Positions 27,761-42,170 of a stretch of 64,000 nt of DNA are shown piece after piece (position 1 is the stretch's first letter; each line of letters begins with the position of its first letter). The translations under genes and the position numbers were made by a program. The stretch spans positions 99,138,001 to 99,202,000 of the forward strand of contig OZ024745.1 in NCBI GenBank assembly GCA_964016885.1, given 5' to 3'. The notes under the pieces are model-generated. The model ran no database searches. It was not told the DNA's origin and saw only the letters and a program-made list of their open reading frames with translations. Origin of the DNA: Eledone cirrhosa (lineage: Eukaryota).

Positions 27761-28815
27761 AGAAAAAAAATTTAGTTTAATTTAAATTCTTTAGTAAAGT
27801 CATTCTCTCAGTATAACTTCTGAATTAAGAACTGTGAAATCTAACAGGGAAGTCCCTCTTCAGTTCCAAAATGTAGATTATAAGAGAAAGTTCTTAATTA
27901 ACCCAATCTGATCACATTCACCTTGAGATTTAATAAAGATTTGCTGAAAAGATTTGCCTGTCTCTGTTTTCTCATTACTTAATTTTGTTTTTATCTTTTT
28001 TTTTCATATTTATTTATCTTTTGAAAATAAAATTCTTTCATTGTTTTAGAGTTTAGCTTTAAATTATTTCATTTGTTTCTTCAGTTATATTTAGTTTTAG
28101 GACTTCTGTTGTTTGTGGTTTTTCTGTTCTTGTCATCGCTGGCAGTTCGGCTTAGTGAGGTGTCAAGTGATGTCCACGACAGTGCCTGGTTGTTTCAGCT
28201 TCTTAGCCTCGCCATCACTCGGCCTTACTGAGGTGTCAGTTGCTTTTGACAGGACCTGCTGGAAGGAGTGTTTGAGGACTCTGCTCCCATGACCCTCTCA
28301 GGAATAAGTGGGTGAACAAGGAGAAGAAGAAGAAAGTTTTTAGATAAATACAGACACTTTGAAATAGCAATTTTGTATCATAGAATCAAGGGCAGTTGCA
28401 GCTGATATGGTATCAAAAGTGTTAAAGCATTATTGTAATACTTAAACAAAAAAGATCATTTGGGGAACCATGTTTCTGTATATAATAATTAATTGTAGCA
28501 GTTTTGATGTCACCATTATGATAATAGAATTGAACTGTATATTCATGTTTTGTATTCTAATCCATATTAATCTACAAAATAATATAAGAAACCTATATAG
28601 ATATCTTTTTATATAAACATGATAAAGATATTGTTTAAATGATATGAATAATAAATAATTGTATAGATTCTGATTAATCATTATATGTTCATACGCGGGG
28701 ACATGATGTTGATGATGATGATGACATGTATGTGTATGTATGTATATGTGCACATGTGTACATGCAGGCATATGTGCATGTGTACATACCTGCAAACACA
28801 CACACACACATATAT

Positions 28816-28817
<2 letters not shown>

Positions 28818-28847
<30 letters not shown>

Positions 28848-29757
28848 TGTTTAACGTCCATGTTCCATGCTTGCATGGGTTTGGACGGGAGTTTTCCCAC
28901 TTGAGGCAAGAGTGGTTGTCTTGCTCGCATAGGACTGTCTGGCAGGTTTTCTACAGCTGGATGCCCTTCCTAACACCAACCACATTTACAGTGTGGGGCT
29001 GGAAGGTTTTTACCGTGTTACCTACACGGCCACATTACAGCGTGGACTGTGTGTTTTTTGTCGTGACACCTACACGATCTCATTTGTTTCGGCCTAGATG
29101 TTGTGGTACCAACATAACTTTACATTGAAAGGGGCGGTGTGGATGGGGTGGGGTGGTGGGACGGGGGTGTATTTTGTTAGAGGTGCCTACTGACTGTAGT
29201 AGGTTTTACTTTGTAAGGCGGGTCTTCTCTATTACTGAGTACCGCCAAAGATCTCGGTCCAGTGACATTGTCTTGGAGAGGTGTAAGTGTGTGAGGTCGG
29301 AATTTATCAGGTCGTCCCAGGTTTTTCTGGGTCTGCCTACTCCGTAGCTACCGTCTATCTTTATTGCCCTGCACATTTTTATACAGCTGTCGTCTTTCAT
29401 GCGCATCACGTGACCATACCAACGTAGCCTTCTCTCGAGTAAACAACATCTGATCCCTCTTATTTCTTATTTTTCCCTTAGTTCGTTTATGCTTTGCCGT
29501 TCACGTATATTACTATTGCACATCCAGCGGAGCATGCAAGCTTCGTTCCTCTCTAGTCTGCGTATATCCTCTGCACACAATGCCCAGGTCTCACTGCCAT
29601 GCAACATTGCTGTTCGTATGCAGGCATCGTACAACCTGCCTTTCATTTTTAGGGAGAACCCTTTAGCGGCTAATAGTGGTATAAGCTCTCTGAACTTTTT
29701 CCATCCAGTTCTGACTCTAGCTACTGTACTTTCAGAGCACCCTCCCCCACTGCTGAT
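28818..29757 (-). mobile_element. 5'-truncated RTE LINE, same family as 19658
   Basis: Near-identical reverse complement of 20340-21300. Confidence 0.92.
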
Positions 29758-30641
29758 ACATATAATTAATGTTGAAATAAATTTTCTCAGACTTATAAAA
29801 AATATTTTAGGAATAAAGGATAAGGAAAATATTTAATGCAAAATACCAAAATAGTTCAGAGTATTGATATATTAAATATCTCATATTTAAATCTATTTAG
29901 CACATTGAAAGTGTGCTAAATTGATTTAACTATGGAATATTTCATATATCTATATTAATTTTGTTTAAATGGATAACTGTATTTTGTGTGGTATGTTTTG
30001 GCTAGTTTAGGCATGTTGCAAGTTGTTAAGGCTCCGAATTGACATAGTCATTAGGGCATCAGATTTTTTTTTAAATGCCACTGTATTTGTTTCAGTTCAC
30101 TGAACTCTGAGTTTAAATCCCTTTAATTCCGTTGACAGATATAGATATACTCCCAGACTAGTTCTGGGTAGATTCTTATTTCTCTCTCTCTCTCTCTTTC
30201 TCTCTCTCAAAGAAGAAGGAGGTGAGGAGGAGGAGGAGGAGGAAGAAGAAGAAGAAGAAGAAGAAGAAGAAGAAGAAGAAGAAGAAGAAGAAGAAGAAGA
30301 AGAAGAACAACAACAACAACAACAACAAATAGTAGTAGTAGTAATAGTATTCTGCTTCAAAATCCTCAAGAGATGCTATGTGTCAGGACAGCATCCCTAC
30401 AAATCCATAAAAAGTAAAAAAACCCTTTACTTAATTTGTTGTTGGGTTGTATGAGAAAATTATATATATATTGTATCATACCTCCACCACAGTATTTACT
30501 AAAAAATATATAATATATATATGAATGTATATATAGTATATTTGGCAATATACCGTATGTTTAATTAAAAACATTTAGAAGACCATACACTATCAGTTTT
30601 AAAGTAGTGACTATGTCACTTACTTCTTTTCGTCAAAAGAA

Positions 30642-30701
30642 GGGAGAGAAGCCAACAGTCTGTTTCACGCTGGTTGGCGTTCATCAGAGCTATGCACTCC
30701 C
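30642..30701 (-). ncRNA. Minimal type I hammerhead ribozyme motif
   Basis: Minus strand AGCU-CUGAUGA-ACGC caacca GCGU-GAAA-CAGACUG-UU-GGCU, with distal GGGAG/CUCCC pairing. Confidence 0.8.
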
Positions 30702-31059
30702 TTGCTTTCACCGAACATTATAGAAGCTGGATTCTTATAGAATTCCAGTAATAATCAGGAGCTGATTATACAGAGCGATTGCCGGTCCAGCAAAAATTAG
30801 GTATTAGGATTGGTGCTCTGAAATAGCGATATATACATGAATGTATGTATAGTATATTTGGCAATATACTGTATGTTTAATTAAAAGCATTTTTGCCGAA
30901 AAGAGGTAAGTGACATTGTCACTACTTTAAAACTAATAGCGTATGGTCTTCTAAATGGTCTTTTGACCCAACTGCCTCAAACGGGACAACCTATCTAACC
31001 CATACTAGCATGGAAAATGGATGTTAGACAATGATAATGATATATATATCATCATCATT

Positions 31060-31489
31060 CATCATCATTTCATTTTACGTCCGCTTTTTCCCTGCTTGCA
31101 AGGGTGGGACGGGAACTGATTCTGGCTTGATTTCTACAGCTGGATGCCCTTCCTAACACCAACCTCATTTACAGTGAGTGCTGGGTGCTTTTTTGCCGTG
31201 GCACCTCCACGACCACTTTGCAGTGGAATGATAGGGACCCCAGTCCCTATCATCTCATTTCTACAGCTGAGTAAACTGGAGCAATGTGAAATAAAGTGTC
31301 TTGCTCAAGGAAACAACACATCACCCGGTCTGAGAATTCAACTCACAACCTTTCGATTGCAAGGCCAATGCTCTAACCACTAAGCCATGTGCCTCCATGG
31401 AAACAACACTTCACCCGGTCTGAGAATTGAACTCACAACCTTTCGATTGCAAGGCCAATGCTCTAACCACTAAGCCATGTGCCTCCATA
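31060..31489 (-). mobile_element. CORE-type SINE with RTE-derived tail (family B), duplicated tRNA head
   Basis: TGGCTTAGTGG/GAGTTCAATTC boxes, CORE-like CCTTGAGCAAGACACTT...CAGCTGTAGAAATG, tail GTTAGGAAGGGCATCCAGC shared with the RTE. Confidence 0.85.
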
Positions 31490-31519
31490 TATATGTGTAT
31501 ATATAAATATATATATATA

Positions 31520-31559
<40 letters not shown>

Positions 31560-31757
31560 TATATGATGATTTCTCCTGAATGAAACAGTTCTAGTCCTGT
31601 AGAAGCCATTTCTATATTAAATATTTCTACTCTGCTATGTATTGAGTACCTTATTTACTGTGGTTAACTCCAATTGAACTCGGGATAAACTTATATATAT
31701 ATATATATAAACACACACATATATATATATATTTATATATACACATATATGTATATA

Positions 31758-32960
31758 TCATCATCATTGTTTAACATCCATTTTCCATGCTAGTATGGGT
31801 TAGACAGGTTGTCCTGTTTGAGGCAGTTGGGTCAGAAGACCATGTCTTGCTCATACAGAACTGTTTCTGGCTTGGTTTCTACAGCTGGATGCCCTTCCTA
31901 ACACCAACCACATTTACAGTGTGGGCTGGGCACTTTGTATTGTGGCACCAAAATAACCATTTTATAGTGTGGGCTGGGGGTTGAGGTGGGGAAGGTTTGT
32001 GGGGATTGGCGAGATAGATCCAGTGTGGGTAACTTATCTGATGAAGAGTGGATTGTAGGGATGTGGATTGTGTGAGGAGTGTTAGGATGTGGGAGGTCTA
32101 TGGAAGGGGAAGGTAGAGAAAAGTGGCACATGCAAGATGTATGCCTCAGCCCCTGTATATGGGATGGCAGGTCTTCTGTATTACTGCATAACCCCAGAGA
32201 TCTCAATCCTGTGTCATTGCCTTTGAGAGGTGCAATTGTGCATGGTCAGCTTTTATCATCTCATCCCAAGTCTTCTTATGTCTTCCTACTCCATAGCTTC
32301 CATCAACTTTGGGCACTCTGCACCTTTTTATGCAGCTGTCATCCTTCATGATATGTCCATACCACCACAATCTCCTCTCCTGTACACGGAATTTGATCCC
32401 TCTTATGTCCTGTTTCTCTCACAGTTCATTTATGCTTTGCAGTTTATATATATTACTATTACACAATGCCTACCTGTAAGACCTACGTTCTATGTTAGCC
32501 TACCTGAGATCCCACTACATCTCTTGTGTACTCATAGTTTGCATTTGGGACATAGGATAGAATTTCTACCCATCCCTTTCCTACACACCGAGCAGAGCCA
32601 TTTCCCAGAAGGGATCAGGGCCATGTTTTCCTGACTACTTACCAGAACTTTGGTCTTTGCCAATTTGACTTTAAAACCTTTTGATTCTAGGTTATGCTTC
32701 CAGATTAGGAATTTTTTTCTCTATTTCTGCCATAGATTTAGCTATGAGAGTTAAATCATCATACAGGAGTTCATAAAGGGACCTAGTTTTAAATTCTTCT
32801 GTTATAGCCTGAAGGGCAATAATAAATAGGAACCGTATAAGGACAGAGCCCTGGTGGACCCTAATTTGCATGCTAAACTCCTCACTATAGTCATTATTAA
32901 TTTTAACCTTGCTGTCTGCATCTCTGTACATGGCTTGTACTGCCCCCACCCACCCCCACA
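31758..32960 (-). mobile_element. Older, internally deleted RTE LINE
   Basis: AVQAMY...VHQGSVL...LLYDD fragments and RTE tail. Confidence 0.8.
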
Positions 32961-34424
32961 AGTCAATGGCTGGATATGTTGTCAAAGGACCAGGTTAGTA
33001 CACAAGCAAGCTACAGACCTCTCAGTTGGGCCAAAGACCTGCATCTCTTATTTTCTATTAGTCCAGTTGTAATTATTCTAACTATATTTAATAAGCATGT
33101 TTATTGAACATTTGTTGTGTCCAGTTAGAGTTTTAAATCTATGGGCAGTAAAGGCTTTCCGAATTTATCTGATATTATTCTCTAAATTATTCCCCATCCT
33201 TGACCTCTTTTCTCTTGAATCATATTTAGTTTGGACATTAGACATATCATGTTAAACATTATCACACGTAGTGTAGGAAGGATAACATTATCTGATATCT
33301 CTCTGCCAGCAAAATAGCCATATTTATTTTGGACAGTAAGTATCTCAAACTTAACATTAACTATGCCCAGTTATTTCTACCATATAAATATGGAGAGAAT
33401 GGAATATTAATCACCTTTACAACACTTCTCAGACAAATCCAAGAAACCAACAATAATAACAACAGTAGTAACATTTATTTTTTCTTACACTGGAAACTGG
33501 GTTTATCAGTGAATTTGTGACTTATTTTTTATTAAAAACAACTGTTAAATGCTGTCAGTTTTTCTTTAACTTCTATCAGGCCAACAGGGTAAAACAATAC
33601 AAGTGTGTGATACCAACCATCTCATTCAGCCAACCAATAACAAATCAATGTGAAAAACATTGTGTGGTCTTAGTCTTCTATATATACATTTCTGCAATTC
33701 TGTCATATGTAAAGAGTGAGGAGTAGTGTGACTACCTCATACTTCTCCTCTCTCTTTACATCTGCTGCCTGCATGAATGTCTGTGTGTGTAAAAGGAAGG
33801 AAGGGGATGGTGAAAAAAACTATGCTGTATGTGAGTGTATGTGTATGTGTGTGTTTGTGTAAATGTTTCTGTGTCTTTGTGTGAATGTATGTATGTGTTT
33901 GTGTGAATGTATGTATGTGTTTGTGTGAATATATGTATGTGTTTGTGTGAATGTATGTCTATGAGTGTGTAATTTTGTGTGTCTGTGTTTGCATGATTAT
34001 ATTTATATACTCATACATATAAATATATGCATATGCACACACACACACACACACAAACATATACACATATGCGTCAGTTTATGGAAAACAATTCTAGTAT
34101 ATTATAATTACATTCATATTTATGTTGCTTTAGATCAACCCTTGTATTTGCCTGGTACTATTTTATTTATTTATCTTGGAAGGATGGAAAGAAAAATTGA
34201 TCTCAGCTGTATTTGAGTTCTAAACCTATTAGAAATAGCAGACAAGTTCTCCTCAATTACATCCTACCATTTTAAAAGATAGTGGGAAGATACATTGAAT
34301 AGTGTAGTTCTACATACACTTTATATGCAAAAATATAGAATGCATGTAACTAGAAATCCTTTTGTATATTTGTTCCAGCTCAGTGAGCTCTGAATTCAAA
34401 ATACACTGCGTGTCAAGATCCTGC

Positions 34425-37400
34425 TCTTATTCCATCAAGCTACTCCTATTATTCCATTAAGCTACTCCTATTATTCCATTAAGCTACTCCTATTATTCCA
34501 TCAAGCTGCTCCTATTATTTCATCGAGCTGCTCCTATTATTCCATCAAGCTACTCCTATTATTCCATCAAGCTACTCCTATTATTCCATCGAGCTACTCC
34601 TATTATTCCATTAAGCTACTCCTATTATTCCATTAAGCTACTCCTATTATTCCATCAAGCTACTCCTATTATTCCATTAAGCTACTCCTATTATTCCATC
34701 AAGCTACTCCTATTATTCCATCGAGCTACTCCTATTATTCCATCAAGCTACTCCTATTATTCCATCAAGCTACTCCTATTATTCCATCAAGCTACTCCTA
34801 TTATTCCATTAAGCTACTCCTATTATTCCATCAAGCTACTCCTATTATTCCATCGAGCTACTCCTATTATTCCATCAAGCTACTCCTATTATTCCATCGA
34901 GCTACTCCTATTATTCCATCAAGCTACTCCTATTATTCCATTAAGCTACTCCTATTATTCCATCAAGCTACTCCTATTATTCCATTAAGCTACTCCTATT
35001 ATTCCATCAAGCTACTCCTATTATTCCATTAAGCTACTCCTATTATTCCATCGAGCTACTCCTATTATTCCATTAAGCTACTCCTATTATTCCATCAAGC
35101 TACTCCTATTATTCCATCGAGCTGCTCCTATTATTCCATCAAGCTACTCCTATTATTCCATCAAGCTACTCCTATTATTCCATCAAGCTACTCCTATTAT
35201 TCCATTAAGCTACTCCTATTATTCCATTAAGCTACTCCTATTATTCCATCAAGCTACTCCTATTATTCCATTAAGCTACTCCTATTATTCCATCAAGCTA
35301 CTCCTATTATTCCATTAAGCTACTCCTATTATTCCATCAAGCTACTCCTATTATTCCATCGAGCTGCTCCTATTATTCCATCAAGCTACTCCTATTATTC
35401 CATCAAGCTACTCCTATTATTCCATCAAGCTACTCCTATTATTCCATCAAGCTACTCCTATTATTCCATCAAGCTACTCCTATTATTCCATCAAGCTACT
35501 CCTATTATTCCATCGAGCTACTCCTATTATTCCATCGAGCTACTCCTATTATTCCATTAAGCTACTCCTATTATTCCATCAAGCTACTCCTATTATTCCA
35601 TCAAGCTACTCCTATTATTCCATTAAGCTACTCCTATTATTCCATCAAGCTACTCCTATTATTCCATCGAGCTGCTCCTATTATTCCATCGAGCTGCTCC
35701 TATTATTCCATCGAGCTGCTCCTATTATTCCATCGAGCTACTCCTATTATTCCATCAAGCTACTCCTATTATTCCATCAAGCTACTCCTATTATTCCATC
35801 AAGCTACTCCTATTATTCCATCAAGCTACTCCTATTATTCCATCAAGCTACTCCTATTATTCCATCGAGCTACTCCTATTATTCCATTAAGCTACTCCTA
35901 TTATTCCATCAAGCTACTCCTATTATTCCATCAAGCTACTCCTATTATTCCATTAAGCTACTCCTATTATTCCATTAAGCTACTCCTATTATTCCATCAA
36001 GCTACTCCTATTATTCCATCGAGCTACTCCTATTATTCCATCAAGCTACTCCTATTATTCCATTAAGCTACTCCTATTATTCCATCAAGCTACTCCTATT
36101 ATTCCATCGAGCTACTCCTATTATTCCATCAAGCTACTCCTATTATTCCATCAAGCTACTCCTATTATTCCATCAAGCTACTCCTATTATTCCATCAAGC
36201 TACTCCTATTATTCCATTAAGCTACTCCTATTATTCCATTAAGCTACTCCTATTATTCCATTAAGCTACTCCTATTATTCCATCAAGCTACTCCTATTAT
36301 TCCATCGAGCTACTCCTATTATTCCATCAAGCTACTCCTATTATTCCATTAAGCTACTCCTATTATTCCATCAAGCTACTCCTATTATTCCATCGAGCTA
36401 CTCCTATTATTCCATCAAGCTACTCCTATTATTCCATCAAGCTACTCCTATTATTCCATCAAGCTACTCCTATTATTCCATCAAGCTACTCCTATTATTC
36501 CATTAAGCTACTCCTATTATTCCATTAAGCTACTCCTATTATTCCATCAAGCTACTCCTATTATTCCATCGAGCTACTCCTATTATTCCATCAAGCTACT
36601 CCTATTATTCCATCAAGCTACTCCTATTATTCCATCAAGCTACTCCTATTATTCCATTAAGCTACTCCTATTATTCCATCAAGCTACTCCTATTATTCCA
36701 TCGAGCTGCTCCTATTATTCCATCGAGCTGCTCCTATTATTCCATCGAGCTGCTCCTATTATTCCATCGAGCTGCTTCTATTATTCCATTGAGCTGCTCC
36801 TATTATTCCATCGAGCTGCTCCTATTATTCCATCGAGCTGCTCCTATTATTCCATCGAGCTGCTCCTATTATTCCATCGAGCTACTCCTATTATTCCATT
36901 AAGCTACTCCTATTATTCCATCAAGCTACTCCTATTATTCCATCAAGCTACTCCTATTATTCCATCAAGCTACTCCTATTATTCCATCAAGCTACTCCTA
37001 TTATTCCATCGAGCTACTCCTATTATTCCATCGAGCTACTCCTATTATTCCATTAAGCTACTCCTATTATTCCATCAAGCTACTCCTATTATTCCATCAA
37101 GCTACTCCTATTATTCCATTAAGCTACTCCTATTATTCCATCAAGCTACTCCTATTATTCCATCGAGCTGCTTCTATTATTCCATTGAGCTGCTCCTATT
37201 ATTCCATCGAGCTGCTCCTATTATTCCATCGAGCTGCTCCTATTATTCCATCGAGCTGCTCCTATTATTCCATCGAGCTACTCCTATTATTCCATTAAGC
37301 TACTCCTATTATTCCATCAAGCTACTCCTATTATTCCATCAAGCTACTCCTATTATTCCATCAAGCTACTCCTATTATTCCATCGAGCTACTCCTATTAT

Positions 37401-38397
37401 TCCATTAAGCTACTCCTATTATTCCATCAAGCTACTCCTATTATTCCATCAAGCTACTCCTATTATTCCATTAAGCTACTCCTATTATTCCATCAAGCTA
37501 CTCCTATTATTCCATCGAGCTACTCCTATTATTCCATTAAGCTACTCCTATTATTCCATCGAGCTACTCCTATTATTCCATTAAGCTACTCCTATTATTC
37601 CATCAAGCTACTCCTATTATTCCATCGAGCTACTCCTATTATTCCATTAAGCTACTCCTATTATTCCATCGAGCTACTCCTATTATTCCATTAAGCTACT
37701 CCTATTATTCCATTAAGCTACTCCTATTATTCCATCGAGCTACTCCTATTATTCCATCGAGCTACTCCTATTATTCCACCGAGCTGCTCCTATTATTCCA
37801 TCAAGCTACTCCTATTATTCCATCGAGCTGCTTCTATTATTCCATCAAACTACTCCTATTATTCCATCAAGCTACTCCTATTATTCCATCGAGCTGCTCC
37901 TATTATTCCATCGAGCTGCTCCTATTATTCCATCGAGCTGCTCCTATTATTCCATCGAGCTGCTCCTATTATTCCATCGAGCTGCTCCTATTATTCCATC
38001 GAGCTGCTCCTATTATTCCATCGAGCTGCTCCTATTATTCCATCGAGCTGCTCCTATTATTCCATTAAGCTACTCCTATTATTCCATTAAGCTACTCCTA
38101 TTATTCCATCAAGCTACTCCTATTATTCCATCAAGCTACTCCTATTATTCCATCAAGCTACTCCTATTATTCCATCAAGCTACTCCTATTATTCCATCAA
38201 ACTACTCCTATTATTCCATCAAGCTACTCCTATTATTCCATCGAGCTGCTCCTATTATTCCATCGAGCTGCTCCTATTATTCCATCGAGCTGCTCCTATT
38301 ATTCCATCGAGCTACTCCTATTATTCCATCAAACTACTATTATTCCATCAAGCTGCTCCTATTATTCCATCAAGCTGGTCCTATTATTCCATCAAAG
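34425..38397. repeat. 22-bp satellite (CTACTCCTATTATTCCATCAAG), ~180 copies
   Basis: Strict 22-bp period; phase recurs every 660 bp in the listing. Confidence 0.97.
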
Positions 38398-38834
38398 GTT
38401 AGGGGCTTTTTACTTATTTACCCTTTCATCATAGGTCTACTCAATCTGGAATGACTTATGGTTAAACAACAACAGAATAGCCAATAACCAACAACAACTG
38501 TAAATGTGGTTGGCATTAGGAAGGGCATTCAGCCGTAGAAACCAAGCCAGAAACAGTTCTGTGAGAGCAGGACACAGTCACCTGACCCAACTTGCCTCAA
38601 ATGGGACAACCCATCTAACCCATGTTAGCGTGGGAAAATAGACGTTAAATGATGATGATGATGATATATGTGTGTGTGTATGTAGATGCATGGCTTAGAG
38701 GTAAGGGTGCTGAGTCATGATGTTCAGTTCCTGAATTTGGTGTCATGCTGTGTCCTTGAGAAAGACACTTTATTTTATGTTTTGCTGACACTAGTGACAA
38801 ATTGTATCAGTTTTTGCCTTCCCTTTGGACAGCA

Positions 38835-39530
38835 TTGGTACATAGAGTTGAAAGGCCTAAAAGTAAATTTAGCAAAGACAAAAGTGCTAATAAGTAGGAA
38901 AGAGTACAGGAGGGCAGTACCTTTGTGGAAGTGACCTTGTTCGATATGTCAGAAAAAGGGGGCAGACATTCTACAAAGTGCACACAGTGTAATCTATGGA
39001 TGCACAAGAGATGTAGTGGGATTGCAGGCAGGCTAACAAGAAAGATAAACTTTGTATATAGCAGATATACAAAAGAAGTAAGCACTAAGAGCACACATGA
39101 AATAGATTTTTTCAGTTGCCAGGGAGACTCTTTAGAAGTTGTTGACAGCTTTTGTTACCTAGGCAATCTAATTAGCAGTAGGGAAGTATGCACTAAAAGT
39201 TTGATAGCCAGAATCAGAAAAGACTAGAAGAAGTTTAGAGAATTGATAACTTAGCTGACATCAAAAGGTTTCTGTCTCAGAATAAAGGGTAGACCATATG
39301 ATGCCTGCATGCAAACTGCAATGCCACATGGCAATGAAACATGGGCTTTGATCACAGAAGACTTGCAACAGCTGAAAAGAAATGAAGCAAGTATACTCTG
39401 ATGGATGTGTAATATTTGTGTGCATGAATGACGTAGAACCAACCTTAAAAAACTAAACCGCACAACAGGGATGACAAAAGGCTGTGAGGGCTGGCGCTAT
39501 GCTGAGCTGATGAAGACCTGGTCAAAAGTA
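38835..39530 (+). mobile_element. Old RTE LINE fragment
   Basis: ELKGLKVNLAKTKV, CTQCNLWMHKRCSG, VDSFCYLG. Confidence 0.75.
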
Positions 39531-41277
39531 ATCAATGTGACCTGACCCATTCCTATCTTTTCCTCCTTCCACCAGCACTCTCCAGCAGCTATCCTCACCA
39601 CTACTGCACCCCCATCCATGCCCTTCCAGTATCACTTCTTAACTACTCCTCCTACTAAAGCCCTTATATACCCTCAATATCACACTCTAATAGCTAATCT
39701 CTCTACCACTGTGCACCTCCTCCACTACCATCCCTTAGTTATTTTCTTCATCCCTACCTCCCCTTGCACTATTCCCCATATCATCCACACCCACCACTAT
39801 ATCTCCTTTCCCCCACATTCTATCAGTCACCCATTTCCCTTACTCATCACTCTATCAAATTACCACACTCGCCATACACCTGTAACTTCATACCTATCCC
39901 TGTTCTTCTCTTGTCTCCATCTAAACTACCACAGAACAGTGAGGGCTCTTCAGTTGAGACTGATCAACATCTCTCTAGTGACAGTGCCATGAAGTCTAAA
40001 TCATGCCTAAAAGGAGTGAACATTTTTTAGTTGTATCAATAGCACAACCTCTCAAGTGTTGATGACCTCTATGATAAATGCACCCAGTACATGCTGTAAA
40101 GTGGTCTGTGATAGGAAGGGCATCCAGCTGTAGAAAGCTTGTTAAGGGGTTGGGAGGACTTGTAAGTTGTATCAAGGACATGACAACCTCATTAGTGTTG
40201 GTGATCTACATGATAAACTCATGCAGTACACACTGTAATATGATTTATGATAGAAAGGGCATCCAACCATAGAAAACTTACCAAACAAAGTGTTGTAAGG
40301 ACTTTTCAGTTGTGTCAAATTCATGAAAACCTCTCTAGTGCTGGTGCCACACAATAAATGCACTTGGTAGAATGTGGAAACTATATAAGCAAGATGCAAA
40401 CTCCCAGCCTGTCTGGGAGGTCAGTAGCCCCACTTAAGTATAGACTCAGTTGGTGAAGAACCATCCAACCATTATACATCCAACCAGCATACATTTAGTT
40501 AGATAGATAGGCAGACAGATAGATAGAAATACAATTAGGCAAATACCTTCATACTGTATTTGTTTGATGCCTCAGAATAAACAATTATTTACTCCTTAAA
40601 ATTGTTATTCATTTTAAATGTACTTCATACAATGCCCATCCCTTCTGTGTTGACTTTAGCTCTTGGCATATTCTCTATTCTAAAATGGTAAATACATTGA
40701 CTTTTATCATTTCCCCATAATTTCTCAAATGACTTTGTTTTTTGCTGGAACAAATATTTTCTTATATTGATTTATATTTTGTCTTCCATTTGCATTTTAA
40801 ATTCCATACATTTGTGTTTCGTTTTATTTAAGATTGAAATCAAATAACGCTTTGCTCCCTATTTCTTAATTTCCTTTTTTCTCCCCCCCCCCCTTCTACT
40901 GTTTCTTTTTCCATTTTTTTTTTCATATTTGAAAAGTTTAATTATTTATGATTTCCAATTAGACTTTTCAAAACTTACTTCTTCTCATTATTGATATTTC
41001 AAAGGTAATTTGAATTATTAGATATTTATTTTTTTGTTTTATTTTGTTCTGTTTTTCTTTTATAATTCATAGTTTTCTTTTCTGGGAATTCTTTTCAAAC
41101 AAAGAGAATTCAAAAACACTTTAATTGGATAATTACAAATATGAATTTATGATCTTTATCAAACCCCAATATATATATATATATATATAAAATCAAGGGA
41201 GTGTAAACACAGAAAATATCTTAAAAAATAATAATAAATAATTAAATTCCAAAAAATTCACTGTTCTTACTATATGT

Positions 41278-41358
41278 GCCTTTACCGCGGTTTCAGATCC
41301 CAAATAAATAGGCAATCCAAGTGGATTTCTATTGAGAAAGAAATCATCGTCAGAAGGC
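41278..41358 (-). ncRNA. Type I hammerhead ribozyme motif
   Basis: GCCUU-CUGACGA-stem II-GAAA-CCGCGG-UA-AAGGC. Confidence 0.8.
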
Positions 41359-41710
41359 TTATTTTAAAGATATTTTCTGTGTTTACACTCCCTTGATTTT
41401 ATATGTTCTAGCTCGTTAATTTATTAACTTGCTATTGAACCACACTGGCATACGGACTTTACTTGTATCCCTGTATGTATTAATTACATATAGGACACAT
41501 ACTTTTATTATTATTATTATTCTCCCCAATGGTAGAGACAACTTTGGTCGTTTGTAAAGCTGCTATTTTTAGTAGCATTAGATTGACCTGTCCAATGTGC
41601 TTTCGCCTTTGCACGCATTCCTAACCATAACTGATTCATTCTGAGGCAGTTTGGTATGGCGCTAGTTTCTAATTTGAACTCGGGAAGTTTATATTCTCTG
41701 AGAGAGAAAA

Positions 41711-41791
41711 GCCTTCTGACGATGATCTCTTTCTCAATGGAAATCCACTTGGATTGTCTATTTATTTGGGATCTGAAACTGCGGTAAAGGC
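41711..41791 (+). ncRNA. Type I hammerhead ribozyme motif (second copy)
   Basis: GCCUU-CUGACGA-UGAUCUC...GGGAUCU-GAAA-CUGCGG-UA-AAGGC. Confidence 0.8.
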
Positions 41792-42055
41792 ACATATAGT
41801 AAGTACAGTGAATTTTCCGGAATTTAATTATTTATTATTATTTTTTAAGATATTTTCTGTGTTTATACTCCCTTGATCTTATATGTTCTGGCTTGTTAAT
41901 TTATTAACTTGCTATTGAACCACACTAGCATACGGGACTATACTTGTATCCCTGTATGTATTAATTACATATAGGACACATACTTTTATTATTATTATAT
42001 ATAGTGAAAGATTGAAGAATAACATGGTCGGCTGTACAACAAGGGGCTTTATTTC

Positions 42056-42170
42056 AAGTATTAACAATTGTTTCATTGATCAGGTGAGTCTAGAGGCCGC
42101 TAATCATTCGAAGTTGCGTCACTCGACCTCGAATACAGTGTTTACCTCTGATCAAATCTTCAAAATACTC
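42056..42170 (-). ncRNA. Type I hammerhead motif, C3U core variant
   Basis: GAGUAUU-UUGAAGA-UUUGAUCAG...CUGAUCAAU-GAAA-CAAUUG-UU-AAUACUU, then AAUAAA. Confidence 0.7.

Noticed and set aside
34425-38397. CRISPR-like array
   Set aside because: Contiguous monomers, no spacers, no cas genes, eukaryotic context.
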